DNA of 63,300 nucleotides, the filler included, from an uncultured Methanosarcinales archaeon (GTDB taxonomy: Archaea > Nanobdellota > Nanobdellia > Woesearchaeales > JAGLXL01): assembly GCA_964472345.1 (NCBI GenBank). It is 8 parts of 8 records of this genome, joined end to end, with 100 filler letters (N's around TTAATTAATTAA, not from the genome) between each part and the next. Parts side by side here need not be neighbours in the genome. Positions count along the whole stretch, not along the records: positions 34,536 to 42,445 come from CAYYLB010000058.1; positions 42,546 to 50,199 come from CAYYLB010000060.1; positions 50,300 to 57,536 come from CAYYLB010000061.1; 5 more parts are not named here. One strand, 5' to 3'. Below the pieces are notes generated by a model that was not told the origin of the DNA, did no database searches, and saw only the letters and a program-made list of their open reading frames with translations. Each line of letters starts with the position of its first letter. Position 1 is the first letter of the stretch. The position numbers and the translations under genes are program-made. Shown piece by piece: positions 41,240 to 51,356 of this stretch.

Positions 41240-42032
41240 AGGACACCACCTTCATGCTCAGGTCGAGCGCGCGGGACGAGTGTGTGAGCGCGCCGACGGA
41301 TATCAGGCGGATGCCGAGCTTTGCGACCCGCGCGATTGTTTCCGGGCCCATGCCGCCGGAGGCCTCAAGAGGGATCCTGCCTGCGGTGAGCGCGACGGCG
41401 CGCCTGATCTCCCGGAGAGGCATATTGTCAAGCATGATGATGTCCGGCTCCGCTGCGAGCGCTTCACGGAGCTGTGCGAGGGTGCGCACTTCCACTTCGA
41501 TCTTCCTGCTTGTTGCCGCACGGGCGCGCGTGATCGCTGTAGTGATGCTGCCGGCGATGGAGATGTGCGCGCTCTTGATCAGCACCATGTCGTACAGGCC
41601 GAAGCGGTGGTTCCTGCCTCCGCCGGTGCGGACGGCGTATTTCTCAAGGCTCCGCAGCCCCGGTGTCGTCTTGCGCGTGTCGAGGATGGCTGCCCTGCCC
41701 CCGGCTGCAGCGACGCAGGCGCTCGTCAGCGTCGCTATTCCCGAAAGGCGCTGCAGGATGTTCAACGCCACGCGCTCGCGGGAGAGGATGAAGCGGGCGT
41801 TGCCCCGGATCTCTGCGACTGCCGTCTGCGTGCGGACCTGCTGTCCCTCATGGGCAAGGAGCATGATGCGTGCATCGGTGAAAATCCTTTTCAGGAGGGG
41901 GAGGCCGCAGATGACGCCAGGTTCCTTGGCGATGATGCGGACGGTGAGCTGCGCGCGGCGCGGGACGATGGCGTCGCTGGTGATGTCGCCCGAGCCGATG
42001 TCTTCCTCCAGCGCAGCAGCGATGAGGTCCAT
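41220..42032 (-). CDS. nadC: Quinolinate phosphoribosyltransferase
   Basis: EDIGSGDIT, ERVALN, DTRKTTPG, NHRFGL, EVEV, MLDN, EASGG, SVGALTHS. Confidence 0.94.
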   Translation of the reverse strand: MDLIAAALEEDIGSGDITSDAIVPRRAQLTVRIIAKEPGVICGLPLLKRIFTDARIMLLAHEGQQVRTQTAVAEIRGNARFILSRERVALNILQRLSGIATLTSACVAAAGGRAAILDTRKTTPGLRSLEKYAVRTGGGRNHRFGLYDMVLIKSAHISIAGSITTAITRARAATSRKIEVEVRTLAQLREALAAEPDIIMLDNMPLREIRRAVALTAGRIPLEASGGMGPETIARVAKLGIRLISVGALTHSSRALDLSMKVVSYGPQGG

Positions 42033-42075
42033 GGCTGCGTGGGCAGGGCGCCCGTATAAAAAGGTGTCTCTGGTC

Positions 42076-42336
42076 GGCTCTGCAGAAACCCGCTGCACTG
42101 CCTGCTCCTGCGAATGAGGCTGGCGCCGACGTCTCGGCACGAAGTGCGAGTAGCTCCCCACTGCTTGCAAAGCTCTCCGAGTTTGCAAGCTCAGAAGCGC
42201 ACTTCTGCTGCTTGCACTGCCCGTGGAAACCGCTTTCCTTCAGCGGGACGGAGCAAGCCACAGCAAAGGAAACGGCAGGAAAGCGGCCGAGTGAGTTGGC
42301 AGTGCCGAGCGCAGGCGAGAGGGTTTCTGCGGAGCC
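42076..42336. mobile_element. MITE family C (261 bp)
   Basis: TIRs GGCTCTGCAGAAACCC / GGGTTTCTGCGGAGCC (15/16); perfect TSD CTCTGGTC (42068-42075, 42337-42344). Confidence 0.87.
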
Positions 42337-42545
42337 CTCTGGTCCGGCCGGAATGTCTGTTGCTTCGCTCCTCCTATGCTGCACTCGCAGATGTCGTGTC
42401 CGGAAATTATTTCGCCAACCATTTATAAGCTTGGATAAACCCCAANNNNNNNNNNNNNNNNNNNNNNNNNNNNNNNNNNNNNNNNNNNNTTAATTAATTA
42501 ANNNNNNNNNNNNNNNNNNNNNNNNNNNNNNNNNNNNNNNNNNNN

Positions 42546-43234
42546 GCGATGCGGAGCAGGTTGAGGAACATCGGGACGCTGTGGCGGAGCCTGAAGGTGC
42601 TCTTCTCCTTATGCCTGTTCCTGATATAGAACTCGCGGATGCGCAGGCCCTGATGCTCAAACCGGCTCAGCAAGTCAATGTCAAACTCAAAGCCCTTTCC
42701 AATGAAGTCTTTCGGAATAGAATCCCAGGCCTCCTTGGAGAAGAACTTGGCGCCTGCCTGCGTGTCCGAGAACGGCAGGTGCAGGAGGATGCGGACCAGC
42801 AGGTTCCAGCCTCGGCTCAGCACTTTCCTCGTGAACGGCTCATCGACCCGTGAAAAGGGCTGACCATTCCACTTCGATGCAATCCCCCCATCAATTGCGC
42901 CCTGCTCGATCTGCTGCAGCATCGGGAGCAAGTCATCCAGTTCGAACGCATCGTCGGCATCGAGGAAGCCTATGAGGGAGTATCTCGCCTTGCGCAGCCC
43001 CGCGATGAGCGCTCCGCCCTTGCCCACATTCTGCGGGATGTTGAGCACGCGCACAAAGGTGTTCTGCCTCCTGAACTGCAGCGCGTAGTCGAGCGTCCTG
43101 TCAAGGGAGCCGTTCACCACCACAAGAAGCTCAAACCGTCTGGCAACGGGAGGGAAAAACCGCGCGTAGCTCTGCAGCGTCTCGAGAATGCGCTCCTGCT
43201 CGTTATAGGCCGGCACCACCAGTGAGATGTCCAT
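42546..43234 (-). CDS. GT2 glycosyltransferase (Dol-P-glucose synthase-like), 3'-truncated
   Basis: VVPAYNE, GKGGA, FLDAD, DTQAGAKFF. Confidence 0.88.
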
Positions 43235-43326
43235 GGGAAAGGAGATTTCTGCGGGAGTTTTTCACCACCCTGGATTAATGAAAGCCCGAAACATATATAA
43301 ATAGTTTGCGCTACGGTATTTTCCCC

Positions 43327-44205
43327 ATGCATATCGTCGTGACCATCCCCGCATACAATGAGGAGCGCACGCTCGGCAAAGTGCTTGCGGACGTCCAGGC
43401 GGCGATGCGCCAGCAGCGTGCACGCTTTACCCTGCTTGTGGTCGATGACGGCAGCAAGGACAGGACGGCAGCAATCGCGAAAGCCGCGCACGCACGCGTT
43501 GTCCGGCATCCCAAGAACTACGGGCTTGCGGAGACGTTCCGCACGGAGATGCAGGAATGCCTGCGGCTGAAAGCTGATGTGGTTGTGCATATCGATGCTG
43601 ACGGGCAGTACCAAGCTGAGGACATCCCGAAGCTGCTGGACAAGATTGCGGAAGGGAATGATCTGGTGCTCGGCAGCAGGTTTTTGGGAACGATTGAGTC
43701 CATGCCGCGGCTCAAGCGATGGGGAAACAGGGCTTTTTCACGCGTCATCTCGGGCATCACCGGGACGCGCATCACCGACGCACAGACAGGATTCCGCGCG
43801 TTCACGAGGGAGGTCGCGAAGATTCCCATGACGTCCAATCACACCTATACCCAGGAGCAGGCGATCCGTGCAATCCGGGAAAAGCACCGCGTCGCGGAGG
43901 TGCCGGTGCACTTCGCCGTGCGGAACGGGAAGAGCAGGCTGATCAGGCATCCCTTTGAGTATGCGGCGCGGGCGTGGGTCAATATCCTGCGAATCTACCG
44001 CGATTACAAGCCGCTGACGTTTTTTGGCGCGGCGGGGGGGCTCATCTTCGGCGCGGGGCTCCTGCTGGGCCTCTTCGCGTTCGTTTCGTGGCTGGCGACG
44101 GGCCGTGTCGGCGGTGTGCCTCGCGTCGTGCTGAGCGGCGTGCTGCTGCTCGTGGGCATCCAGATCATCCTCTTCGGGTTTCTGGCAGACATGATGAGAC
44201 AATGA
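43327..44205 (+). CDS. GT2 glycosyltransferase (Dol-P-mannose synthase-like) with C-terminal TMs
   Basis: IPAYNEE, VDDGSKD, IDADGQ, GSRF, DAQTGFR. Confidence 0.9.
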   Translation: MHIVVTIPAYNEERTLGKVLADVQAAMRQQRARFTLLVVDDGSKDRTAAIAKAAHARVVRHPKNYGLAETFRTEMQECLRLKADVVVHIDADGQYQAEDIPKLLDKIAEGNDLVLGSRFLGTIESMPRLKRWGNRAFSRVISGITGTRITDAQTGFRAFTREVAKIPMTSNHTYTQEQAIRAIREKHRVAEVPVHFAVRNGKSRLIRHPFEYAARAWVNILRIYRDYKPLTFFGAAGGLIFGAGLLLGLFAFVSWLATGRVGGVPRVVLSGVLLLVGIQIILFGFLADMMRQ

Positions 44206-45614
44206 CGAACGTGCTTTTCATCCTCGTCGACGCGCTGCGCGCAACGAGCCTCGGCTGCTACGGCTACCCGCGTGCCACAAGCCCCGCCATCGATGCCCTT
44301 GCGCAGCGCGGCGTGCTGTTTGAGCAGGCGTTCTGCACGGTCAATGCGACCGACCCGTCCCTGACGACCATTCTCTCGGGACTGTTTCCTCGGACGCACG
44401 GCATCCTGCACCACGGCGACCAGATTTCCGCGCAGGAGCTTGCGCTTTTTGAGCAGCGGCGCATCATGCTGCTTCCCGAGCTGCTCCAGAAGCGAGGCTA
44501 TCGTACGTACGGGCTTGACTGGCTCGGGAGATGGCACCGGCGGGGGTACGATTATTATGCAGGGTTCAATGTCGATCGTACGGGGAGAAAGAAGTTGCTG
44601 AAGCGGATCAGAGAGCTTGCGAAGCGGGTGGGTGCTTACCGCGTGCTGAAGAAGATTTACTATCTGCCGATGCTCCGCAGCGTGATCGGCAAGTTCGACC
44701 TCTATAATGAGGATGCTGCCCTGACGCGGCAGGCGGCTGATATCATCCGGCGGGAGGAGCGGCCGTTTTTCCTGTTCATCCATTACTGGGGGCTCCATGC
44801 GCCGTACAACTGCCCTCAGGCCTCTGTGCGCGAGTTTTCCCGCGTCGCGTCGCCGGTGAGAGCACCTTCGATGGAAAAGTCGTTGGGGCAGATCAAGAAC
44901 GAAAAGTACCGCGCGTTCTACCAGCAGTGGACACGGGATGAGAAAAGCTTTGACGACATCATCATCCGGCATGACGGGGCCATCCGGCAGATCGACGGCC
45001 AGATTGGGCTGCTGCTCGATGCGCTGCGCTCTTCGGGGAAGCTTGGCGATACGGTGATCGTGCTGACTTCGGATCACGGCGAAAGCCTGGTGGAGCATGG
45101 CATCCTGTTCGATCACCATGGGCTGTATGATGCGTCCGTCCGCGTCCCGCTGCTCATCGCTGCGCCGGGAGTTCACGGGAAGCGCGTCCCTGCGCTCGTG
45201 CAGCATCCCGATATCGTGCCGACGGCGCTCGCGCTGCTGGGGATCGAGGCGCCGCCGGCGCTTGACGGGAAAAACCTGTTGCCCCTTGTTGCCGGACGTG
45301 TTGCGGCGGTGCGTGATGCTGTCGTGGTCGAGGAAAATTACTACGAGCATAAGGAGTGCGTCCGCACGCTGCAGCATAAGCTGATCCGCTCCTTGAATGG
45401 TGACTGCACGCGCTGCGGCATCATGCACGGCAGCGCGATTGAGCTGTATGACCTTCAGCAGGATCCGGGTGAGGAGCGCAACATCGCGGACAGGATGCCG
45501 AAGGTTGTGGAACGCCTGCTCGCGAGGCTTGAGCGGCACCGGCCGGCTTCTTCTGCCGCCCATGCGCGCGAGACGGAGCTGCTGCGGCAGGCGATCGGGG
45601 AGCTTGCGCTATGA
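44202..45614 (+). CDS. Sulfatase/alkaline-phosphatase superfamily protein
   Basis: NVLFILVDALR, TDPSL, H..Y, TSDHGE, HHGLYD..VRVPL, ELYDL..DPGE. Confidence 0.88.
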   Translation: MTNVLFILVDALRATSLGCYGYPRATSPAIDALAQRGVLFEQAFCTVNATDPSLTTILSGLFPRTHGILHHGDQISAQELALFEQRRIMLLPELLQKRGYRTYGLDWLGRWHRRGYDYYAGFNVDRTGRKKLLKRIRELAKRVGAYRVLKKIYYLPMLRSVIGKFDLYNEDAALTRQAADIIRREERPFFLFIHYWGLHAPYNCPQASVREFSRVASPVRAPSMEKSLGQIKNEKYRAFYQQWTRDEKSFDDIIIRHDGAIRQIDGQIGLLLDALRSSGKLGDTVIVLTSDHGESLVEHGILFDHHGLYDASVRVPLLIAAPGVHGKRVPALVQHPDIVPTALALLGIEAPPALDGKNLLPLVAGRVAAVRDAVVVEENYYEHKECVRTLQHKLIRSLNGDCTRCGIMHGSAIELYDLQQDPGEERNIADRMPKVVERLLARLERHRPASSAAHARETELLRQAIGELAL

Positions 45615-46546
45615 AACGGAAGACGCTCATCCTTGCACTCAAGATTGCGGCCGGCATCGCGCTGCTCGCTGCCGTGTTCCTGACGGTCGGTGTGAAGCGG
45701 ATTCTGGAGGTGCTGCAGCAGACCCATCCTGGCTATTATGCGGCGGCGTTTCTTGTTTTTCTGCTCTCCGTTGCCGTTGCAGCCTTCAATCTGAAGCTGA
45801 TGCTTGATCCGGTGCGGCGCATCCCGTTTCTCCCTCTGCTGCAGCACACCCTGATCAGCAACCGTGTGGCATCGCTGCTGACGCCGGGGCGGCTGGGCGA
45901 GTATTCGATCCTGCTCCTCCTGAAGAATGCTGAGAACATCCCCTATGGCGCCGGCGCAGCGGCCGTCACTGCCGACAAGCTCATCACCCTTGGCGTCTCT
46001 TCTCTGATTGCTGTTGCGGGGCTCGGGTATTTCTTCGACAGGCAGATTGCTGTTTCTGTTGCGCTCGGCCTTGGGGTGCTGCTCGCCGGGACCATTGCGC
46101 TGCTCCATCCGGCCACGCGGGGGCTGCTCAAGCGGCTTGTGCTGCGGCGCCGGGCTGCGCTGTTCAGCGGGTTTTCTGCCACGCTCATAGCGTATGTGAC
46201 GCGCTATCGGACGGCAGCCGTGCTGAATGTGCTGGTAACGCTGATCCGTGCGGTGCTGATTGCGCTGAGCGCGTTTTTCATGTTCGCAGCGCTCGGCGTG
46301 TATCCTAACCTGCTGCTGGTCATTGCGATCGGCAGCCTCGAGACAATCGCGACGCTGCTGCCCATCACGGTAAGCGGGCTCGGGGTGAAGCAGTCCATCG
46401 GCGTTTACCTCTATTCCCTGATCGGCATCGCCCCTGAGGCTGCAGCTGCACGGTACGTGCTGGGCTTTTCCATCAACTACGGGTTCGCGCTGCTGTCGCT
46501 GCTGATCATCAGGAATCCTGTGAGGCACGATGAGAATCCTCATTGA
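45611..46546 (+). CDS. Lysylphosphatidylglycerol-synthase-TM/flippase-like membrane protein
   Basis: Many TMs; TPGRLGE; PITVSGLGV. Confidence 0.8.
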   Translation: MKRKTLILALKIAAGIALLAAVFLTVGVKRILEVLQQTHPGYYAAAFLVFLLSVAVAAFNLKLMLDPVRRIPFLPLLQHTLISNRVASLLTPGRLGEYSILLLLKNAENIPYGAGAAAVTADKLITLGVSSLIAVAGLGYFFDRQIAVSVALGLGVLLAGTIALLHPATRGLLKRLVLRRRAALFSGFSATLIAYVTRYRTAAVLNVLVTLIRAVLIALSAFFMFAALGVYPNLLLVIAIGSLETIATLLPITVSGLGVKQSIGVYLYSLIGIAPEAAAARYVLGFSINYGFALLSLLIIRNPVRHDENPH

Positions 46547-47555
46547 TATCCTGCATCCGGCGCACGCGCATTTTTTCAGAAACTTTGCCCTGTCCATGAA
46601 GAAGCGCGGGCACGGGGTGATGGTGACTGCGCGGGACAAAGACGTAACGCTGGCGCTGCTGGATGCGTACGGCATCCCTTTCGTCTCTTTGAGCACGCTC
46701 AGCAGGCGTAAAGCTGGGCTGCTCTTTGAATGGCTTTCGCGGACATTCCGGCTCTGGAAGGCTGCGCGGAGGTTCAAGCCGGATGTGCTGCTGGGATGCA
46801 TGGGGCCGAGCATTGTTCCTGTTGGCAGGCTCCTCCGGAAGCCGACGGTCGTGTTTTATAACAACGAAACGGCCGACATGGTGAGCAGCTGGGTGCAGCG
46901 GCTTGCGACGGCGTATGTGACATCGACGAGCTTTGAGGGGCGCGTGAAAGGCAGGCACGTGACACACAACAGCTATCACGAGCTGGCGTATCTGCATCCG
47001 AAGTACTTCACACCGGACAAGCGCGTGCTGAGCGGGCCTGGCATCGGCGAGAACGGGCGTTTCTTCATCGTGCGGTTTGTCGCGTGGCAGGCAAGCCATG
47101 ATGTTGGTGCGAAAGGGATTACTGATAAAATGGGGTTTGTTCGTGAGCTTGCGAAGCATGGGCGGGTGCTGATAACATCGGAGGGGGGGCTGCCTGCTGA
47201 ACTTGAGGGGTATCGAATAAACATAAAACCGGAAAAGCTGCATGACCTGCTTGCGTTTGCAACACTCTGCGTGGGGGAGAGTGCCACGCTTGCTGCTGAG
47301 GCTGCGTGCTTGGGTGTGCCTGCCATTTACATCGCGAATACGAAGCGCGGGTACACCAATGAGCTGGAGCGGGATTATGGGCTGGTGTTCAACTTTGCTT
47401 CTCAGGAGGAAGGACTGAAAAAAGCGGCTGAGCTTGCGCAGCGTGAGAACGTGCGCGACGAATTTCAAGAGAAAAGGAAAAAGATGCTTTCGGAGAAGAT
47501 TGACCTGACGGCGTGGATGGTGGAGTTTGTGGAAGGGAAGAGATGGGTTGGATAA
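46530..47555 (+). CDS. DUF354 GT-B fold protein
   Basis: ILIDILHPAHAHFF, YHELAYLHP, GESATLAAEAACLGVP. Confidence 0.82.
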   Translation: MRILIDILHPAHAHFFRNFALSMKKRGHGVMVTARDKDVTLALLDAYGIPFVSLSTLSRRKAGLLFEWLSRTFRLWKAARRFKPDVLLGCMGPSIVPVGRLLRKPTVVFYNNETADMVSSWVQRLATAYVTSTSFEGRVKGRHVTHNSYHELAYLHPKYFTPDKRVLSGPGIGENGRFFIVRFVAWQASHDVGAKGITDKMGFVRELAKHGRVLITSEGGLPAELEGYRINIKPEKLHDLLAFATLCVGESATLAAEAACLGVPAIYIANTKRGYTNELERDYGLVFNFASQEEGLKKAAELAQRENVRDEFQEKRKKMLSEKIDLTAWMVEFVEGKRWVG

Positions 47556-47646
47556 TGCATCCAAAAAGCACACGTCGCCCCCTTCTCCTCAACTCTTGCA
47601 CCTACAGCTATAGAAAAGTTTTGATATTCGTGGGTGTAAACTCGTA

Positions 47647-48306
47647 TCACCTAAACATATCCGGAATTTCCTTCAAATCAAGCGTCCGGGTTTTCTTCGA
47701 GACGAAAAGCATGTTGTTGGCGAGCGGCCTGATCCGGCCAAGGTAGTATTCTTTTTCAATCGCAAATCCGTACTTGCGGAGGATCATCCGGAAGTTCCTG
47801 ATGGTGTAGAAGCGGACATGCTTGTGCTCGGGATGGAAATGGCGGTGCAGGTCGACAAGCGTGATTGCGAGCATCTTCCAGAGGTTATGCATCGGTGTCG
47901 ACGCAATCAGGTAGCCTCCCGGTTTCAGGATGCGGTTGAACTCGGAGAAAAGCATAATGGTGTCGTAGACATGCTCAATCACGTCGCCTGCCCAGATAAT
48001 GTCGAAGAAGCCGTCGCTGTAGGGCAGCCGCCTGCCGAGCTCACCGGCGCGGAAATCGATGCCGCGGTGCTTCCTCTTCGCTTCGCGGATGTTTGCTGCG
48101 ACTGCGTCAACGCCATACGCCTGGAAGCCAAGCTCGCGGATCTTTGCGCAGACGTCGCCCTTGTAGCAGCCTGCGTCGAGGACTTTGCCAAATCTCTTTT
48201 CTGCCGCCTGTTTCGCCAGGAACTCGATGAAGCGATCCTTCCTTTTTTTCCTTATGGGGTAGTTTGGGGTGTACTCCCGCAGGCCCGTCCATTGCTCATA
48301 ATCCAT
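47647..48306 (-). CDS. Class I SAM-dependent methyltransferase
   Basis: VLDAGCYKG, FDII, IEH, ILKPGG, STP. Confidence 0.88.
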   Translation of the reverse strand: MDYEQWTGLREYTPNYPIRKKRKDRFIEFLAKQAAEKRFGKVLDAGCYKGDVCAKIRELGFQAYGVDAVAANIREAKRKHRGIDFRAGELGRRLPYSDGFFDIIWAGDVIEHVYDTIMLFSEFNRILKPGGYLIASTPMHNLWKMLAITLVDLHRHFHPEHKHVRFYTIRNFRMILRKYGFAIEKEYYLGRIRPLANNMLFVSKKTRTLDLKEIPDMFR

Positions 48307-48363
48307 TTTTTTTGTGGCACTGCTGGGATATTTAAACTATTCGAAGGGTTTTCGTGGCACTGT

Positions 48364-48615
48364 CTAATCCGTGGGACTTTCCGCCATTTTCTGCCCTCCT
48401 GTCGCTTGCGGGACTTTTAGGCCGTTCAGCAACATCGTTTCCCATCGGTTGCCTGATACGCTGATTCTGCACCGCTCAGCTGACGTAAGCCTGTCCTTAA
48501 CGCCCTTCCGCACGAGGTTGTGGAACACCTTGAAGCCGTCCGCATACTGCTGGATTTCATTCACGCCACGCCTTACCTTATGGAACTCCTTTTGCTGTCC
48601 GTTGAGGTTTTCCAT
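48364..48615 (-). CDS. Small hypothetical protein divergent from the ATPase gene
   Basis: 83-aa ORF below a TATA-like TTTATATA on the minus strand. Confidence 0.45.
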   Translation of the reverse strand: MENLNGQQKEFHKVRRGVNEIQQYADGFKVFHNLVRKGVKDRLTSAERCRISVSGNRWETMLLNGLKVPQATGGQKMAESPTD

Positions 48616-48694
48616 TGTTTTACACCTTATAATCATACCATTGTAATGATTTTTTATCATAATTAATGATAACTTATATATAAATATTGTGGTA

Positions 48695-48720
48695 TTATAA
48701 TGATATAATCTCATTATAAT
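48695..48720. promoter_or_regulatory. Palindromic operator candidate between divergent promoters
   Basis: 10-bp inverted repeat ATTATAATGA..TCATTATAAT between two TATA-like boxes. Confidence 0.45.
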
Positions 48721-48754
48721 AAAGTATTTATATAAGAACTAGTTTACTGATAAT

Positions 48755-50056
48755 ATGGAGAGTAAAGACTTTGATCCAATATTTCCAAGATATGGCCTGA
48801 GTTCTGACCCTTACTTCATTCAACCATTATTAATCGAAGGCGGGAAAGTAAATATGGAAATATTTGTAGGGAGAGAAGCGGAAAGAGCCGAACTTTCAAA
48901 AATAGTTGCGATGGGTGGGGGAAGAAGGTGTGTTATACTTGGTGATGCTGGAGTTGGTAAGACCACTCTTGCAAATTTTGTAAGGAAGATGGCAAGAGAA
49001 AATACCTATTTCTCACCAATAAATGAAATCCAATTTCAAGAAGATTGGACAATTAATGAGGTGGTAATTAATACGTTACAAGCAATATATTCTGAAATAA
49101 AATCAAAAGGTGTAACGCTTTCCAATAATACACTCATAACAAAATTAGAAGACCTGTTTGAACTATATCGGATTGTAAAAGATTCGGATATAGAGCCTCG
49201 TTCTTTGATGACAATTAACACCACGATGCTTCTGGATTTATTTAAGAAAGTTGTAAACGAACTTGTTGTAAGTGGATATAGGGCAGTAATCTTGCATTAC
49301 AATAATTTTGACAATATCGATGATGATGGGTATTTAGTGAGAATACTCAACATTCTTCGAGACTACCTTATGGCGCCAAATGTTATTTTTATCCTGATAG
49401 GGGACCAAAAACTTGTAGATGCGATAAATGTAAAACCAAGACTTCGACAAATATTTACAACATCCCCTATTAGAGTTGGAAACCTCTCTTTAGAGAATGT
49501 AAAACAGATCATCCATCAGAGGATTGAAGCCCTTAAATTAACCCCGACGACCCCGCATATCGCACCCCATTCTGATGATGCTATTGAAGTTTTATATGAG
49601 TTGTTTAATGGAAATATCAGGGACATACTCAACAGTTTATCAGAATCTGTAAATGTTAGAAAAGCAATAGAATTGACTCCTCTTAGGACTAAAGAAGCAT
49701 TAATAGAAATTGCAAAACGGAGATTTGTAAGTGGGTTGTCCGAAAGAGAGAGAGAGGTACTTAATCTGTTCTTAGAACAAGGCGAACTAACAAACACGGA
49801 AATAGCATTAAAAATCAAACAGAAAGTACAAAATATTTCTCCGATCCTAAAAACCCTGAGAGAGATGGGAGCTATTAAATTAGATAGAAAGGAAGGAACA
49901 AAAAAATTTTATAAGATTACAACGGAGGCATCGTGGCTTAAACTTAAGATTACAGACAAAGAAAGGCTGAAGGAAAAAGAAAAAGAGGCACAGGAATTAA
50001 GTCAAATCCAAAAAAGGGTAATTGAATTTTTTGAGGTTGAAAAGGGGAAGTTCTAA
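48755..50056 (+). CDS. AAA+/STAND-like P-loop ATPase with C-terminal wHTH
   Basis: FVGRE, GDAGVGKTT, GNIRD, C-terminal LSEREREVL..TNTEIA HTH; AT-rich. Confidence 0.8.
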   Translation: MESKDFDPIFPRYGLSSDPYFIQPLLIEGGKVNMEIFVGREAERAELSKIVAMGGGRRCVILGDAGVGKTTLANFVRKMARENTYFSPINEIQFQEDWTINEVVINTLQAIYSEIKSKGVTLSNNTLITKLEDLFELYRIVKDSDIEPRSLMTINTTMLLDLFKKVVNELVVSGYRAVILHYNNFDNIDDDGYLVRILNILRDYLMAPNVIFILIGDQKLVDAINVKPRLRQIFTTSPIRVGNLSLENVKQIIHQRIEALKLTPTTPHIAPHSDDAIEVLYELFNGNIRDILNSLSESVNVRKAIELTPLRTKEALIEIAKRRFVSGLSEREREVLNLFLEQGELTNTEIALKIKQKVQNISPILKTLREMGAIKLDRKEGTKKFYKITTEASWLKLKITDKERLKEKEKEAQELSQIQKRVIEFFEVEKGKF

Positions 50057-50138
50057 GAGCCTATCCCATTTGGCAGAGGAGCCCGTTGGCGCTCCGTCGG
50101 GGTCTGCGGTACTGGAAACGCCTATTGGGATGGGCTCT
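50056..50138. mobile_element. Small TA-flanked inverted-repeat element (family D)
   Basis: TA-AGAGCCTATCCCA...TGGGATGGGCTCT-TA; the same 15-mer AAGAGCCTATCCCAT recurs at 60743-60757. Confidence 0.55.
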
Positions 50139-50299
50139 TATTTTATGTCGTGTCCTAATATTATTTCGTTTCAGCTTCATTTTTCATCCTCCGCCAAAAN
50201 NNNNNNNNNNNNNNNNNNNNNNNNNNNNNNNNNNNNNNNNNNNTTAATTAATTAANNNNNNNNNNNNNNNNNNNNNNNNNNNNNNNNNNNNNNNNNNNN

Positions 50300-51327
50300 T
50301 GCTGCGTCACGCAGTGGATGCCGCCGTAGCCGTACACGAGCGCTTCTGACGGGATGCCGACGACGCGCCGGCCGGGGAAGAGGCTGCGGAGGATCGAAAG
50401 CGCCTTCTCGTCGTTTGTGTCGTTGAACGTCGGCACAAGCACCACTTCGTTGCCGATGTAGAAGTTCGCGTAGCTTGCCGGCAGCCTGCGCTCGGGGCAG
50501 TCGATGCGCCGCGGCATGGGAATCTCAACAACACGCAGCCGCCTGCCGTCCTGGTCGCGCGCCTCCTGCAAGAGCGCGAGGTTTCGCTTCAGCGGCAGGT
50601 GGTTTGCGTCCTTCGGATCATCTTCCACCATCGCAACCACAGTGCCGGGAGCAACAAAGCGGGCGATATCATCGACATGGCCGTCCGTGTCATCGCCTTC
50701 GATCCCTTCCTTCAGCCAGATGAAGTGCGTGAAGCCGAGGTACGCCTTGAGCTGCTGCCCGATCTGCTCCTTCGTCAGGCTGGGGTTCCGGTTCCTGTTC
50801 AGCAGGCATTGCCCGGTGGTGATGCACGTGCCGAGGCCGTTGGTGTCGATGGAGCCGCCCTCGAGCACCATTCCCGGCTCAAACACCTGAAGCTTCATCG
50901 CCTGCGCAATCCGCATGCCTGTCTCGTTGTCCGGGAGCAGGTCATCATACTTACTGCCCCAGGCATTGAAGACCCATTTTACCGCTGCGGCCTTCTTCCG
51001 CGATCGGTCCACCACAACAATCGGCCCATAATCCCTGAGCCAGACATCCGTGGAAGGGATGCGGTGAAAGATGACACCGCGCGTTTCACGCAACTGGGAA
51101 GCGACGCGCCGCTCTGTTGCAGCATCATCAACCAGCAGGTGGACGCGCTCGCCACGGCAAAGCTCTCCGATGATGCGGGCGTAGAGTTCCTCAACTGCCC
51201 CAAGGATATGCGGCGGGAACGTCTCGGGATCCTTCGGCCAGCTCAGCAAGGTGCCTTCATGCTTCTCCCACTCTGCGGGCATGCGGTAGCCGAGGGCTGC
51301 GGGGGCATCACGCCGAATCTTTGCCAT
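50300..51327 (-). CDS. aguA: Agmatine deiminase, 3'-truncated
   Basis: RMPAEWE, WLRDYGP, LEGGSI, DTDGHVD, SYANFY, GGIHCVTQ. Confidence 0.95.
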
Positions 51328-51356
51328 TGTTCAACTCATTGCATCATTGTCCGTAC

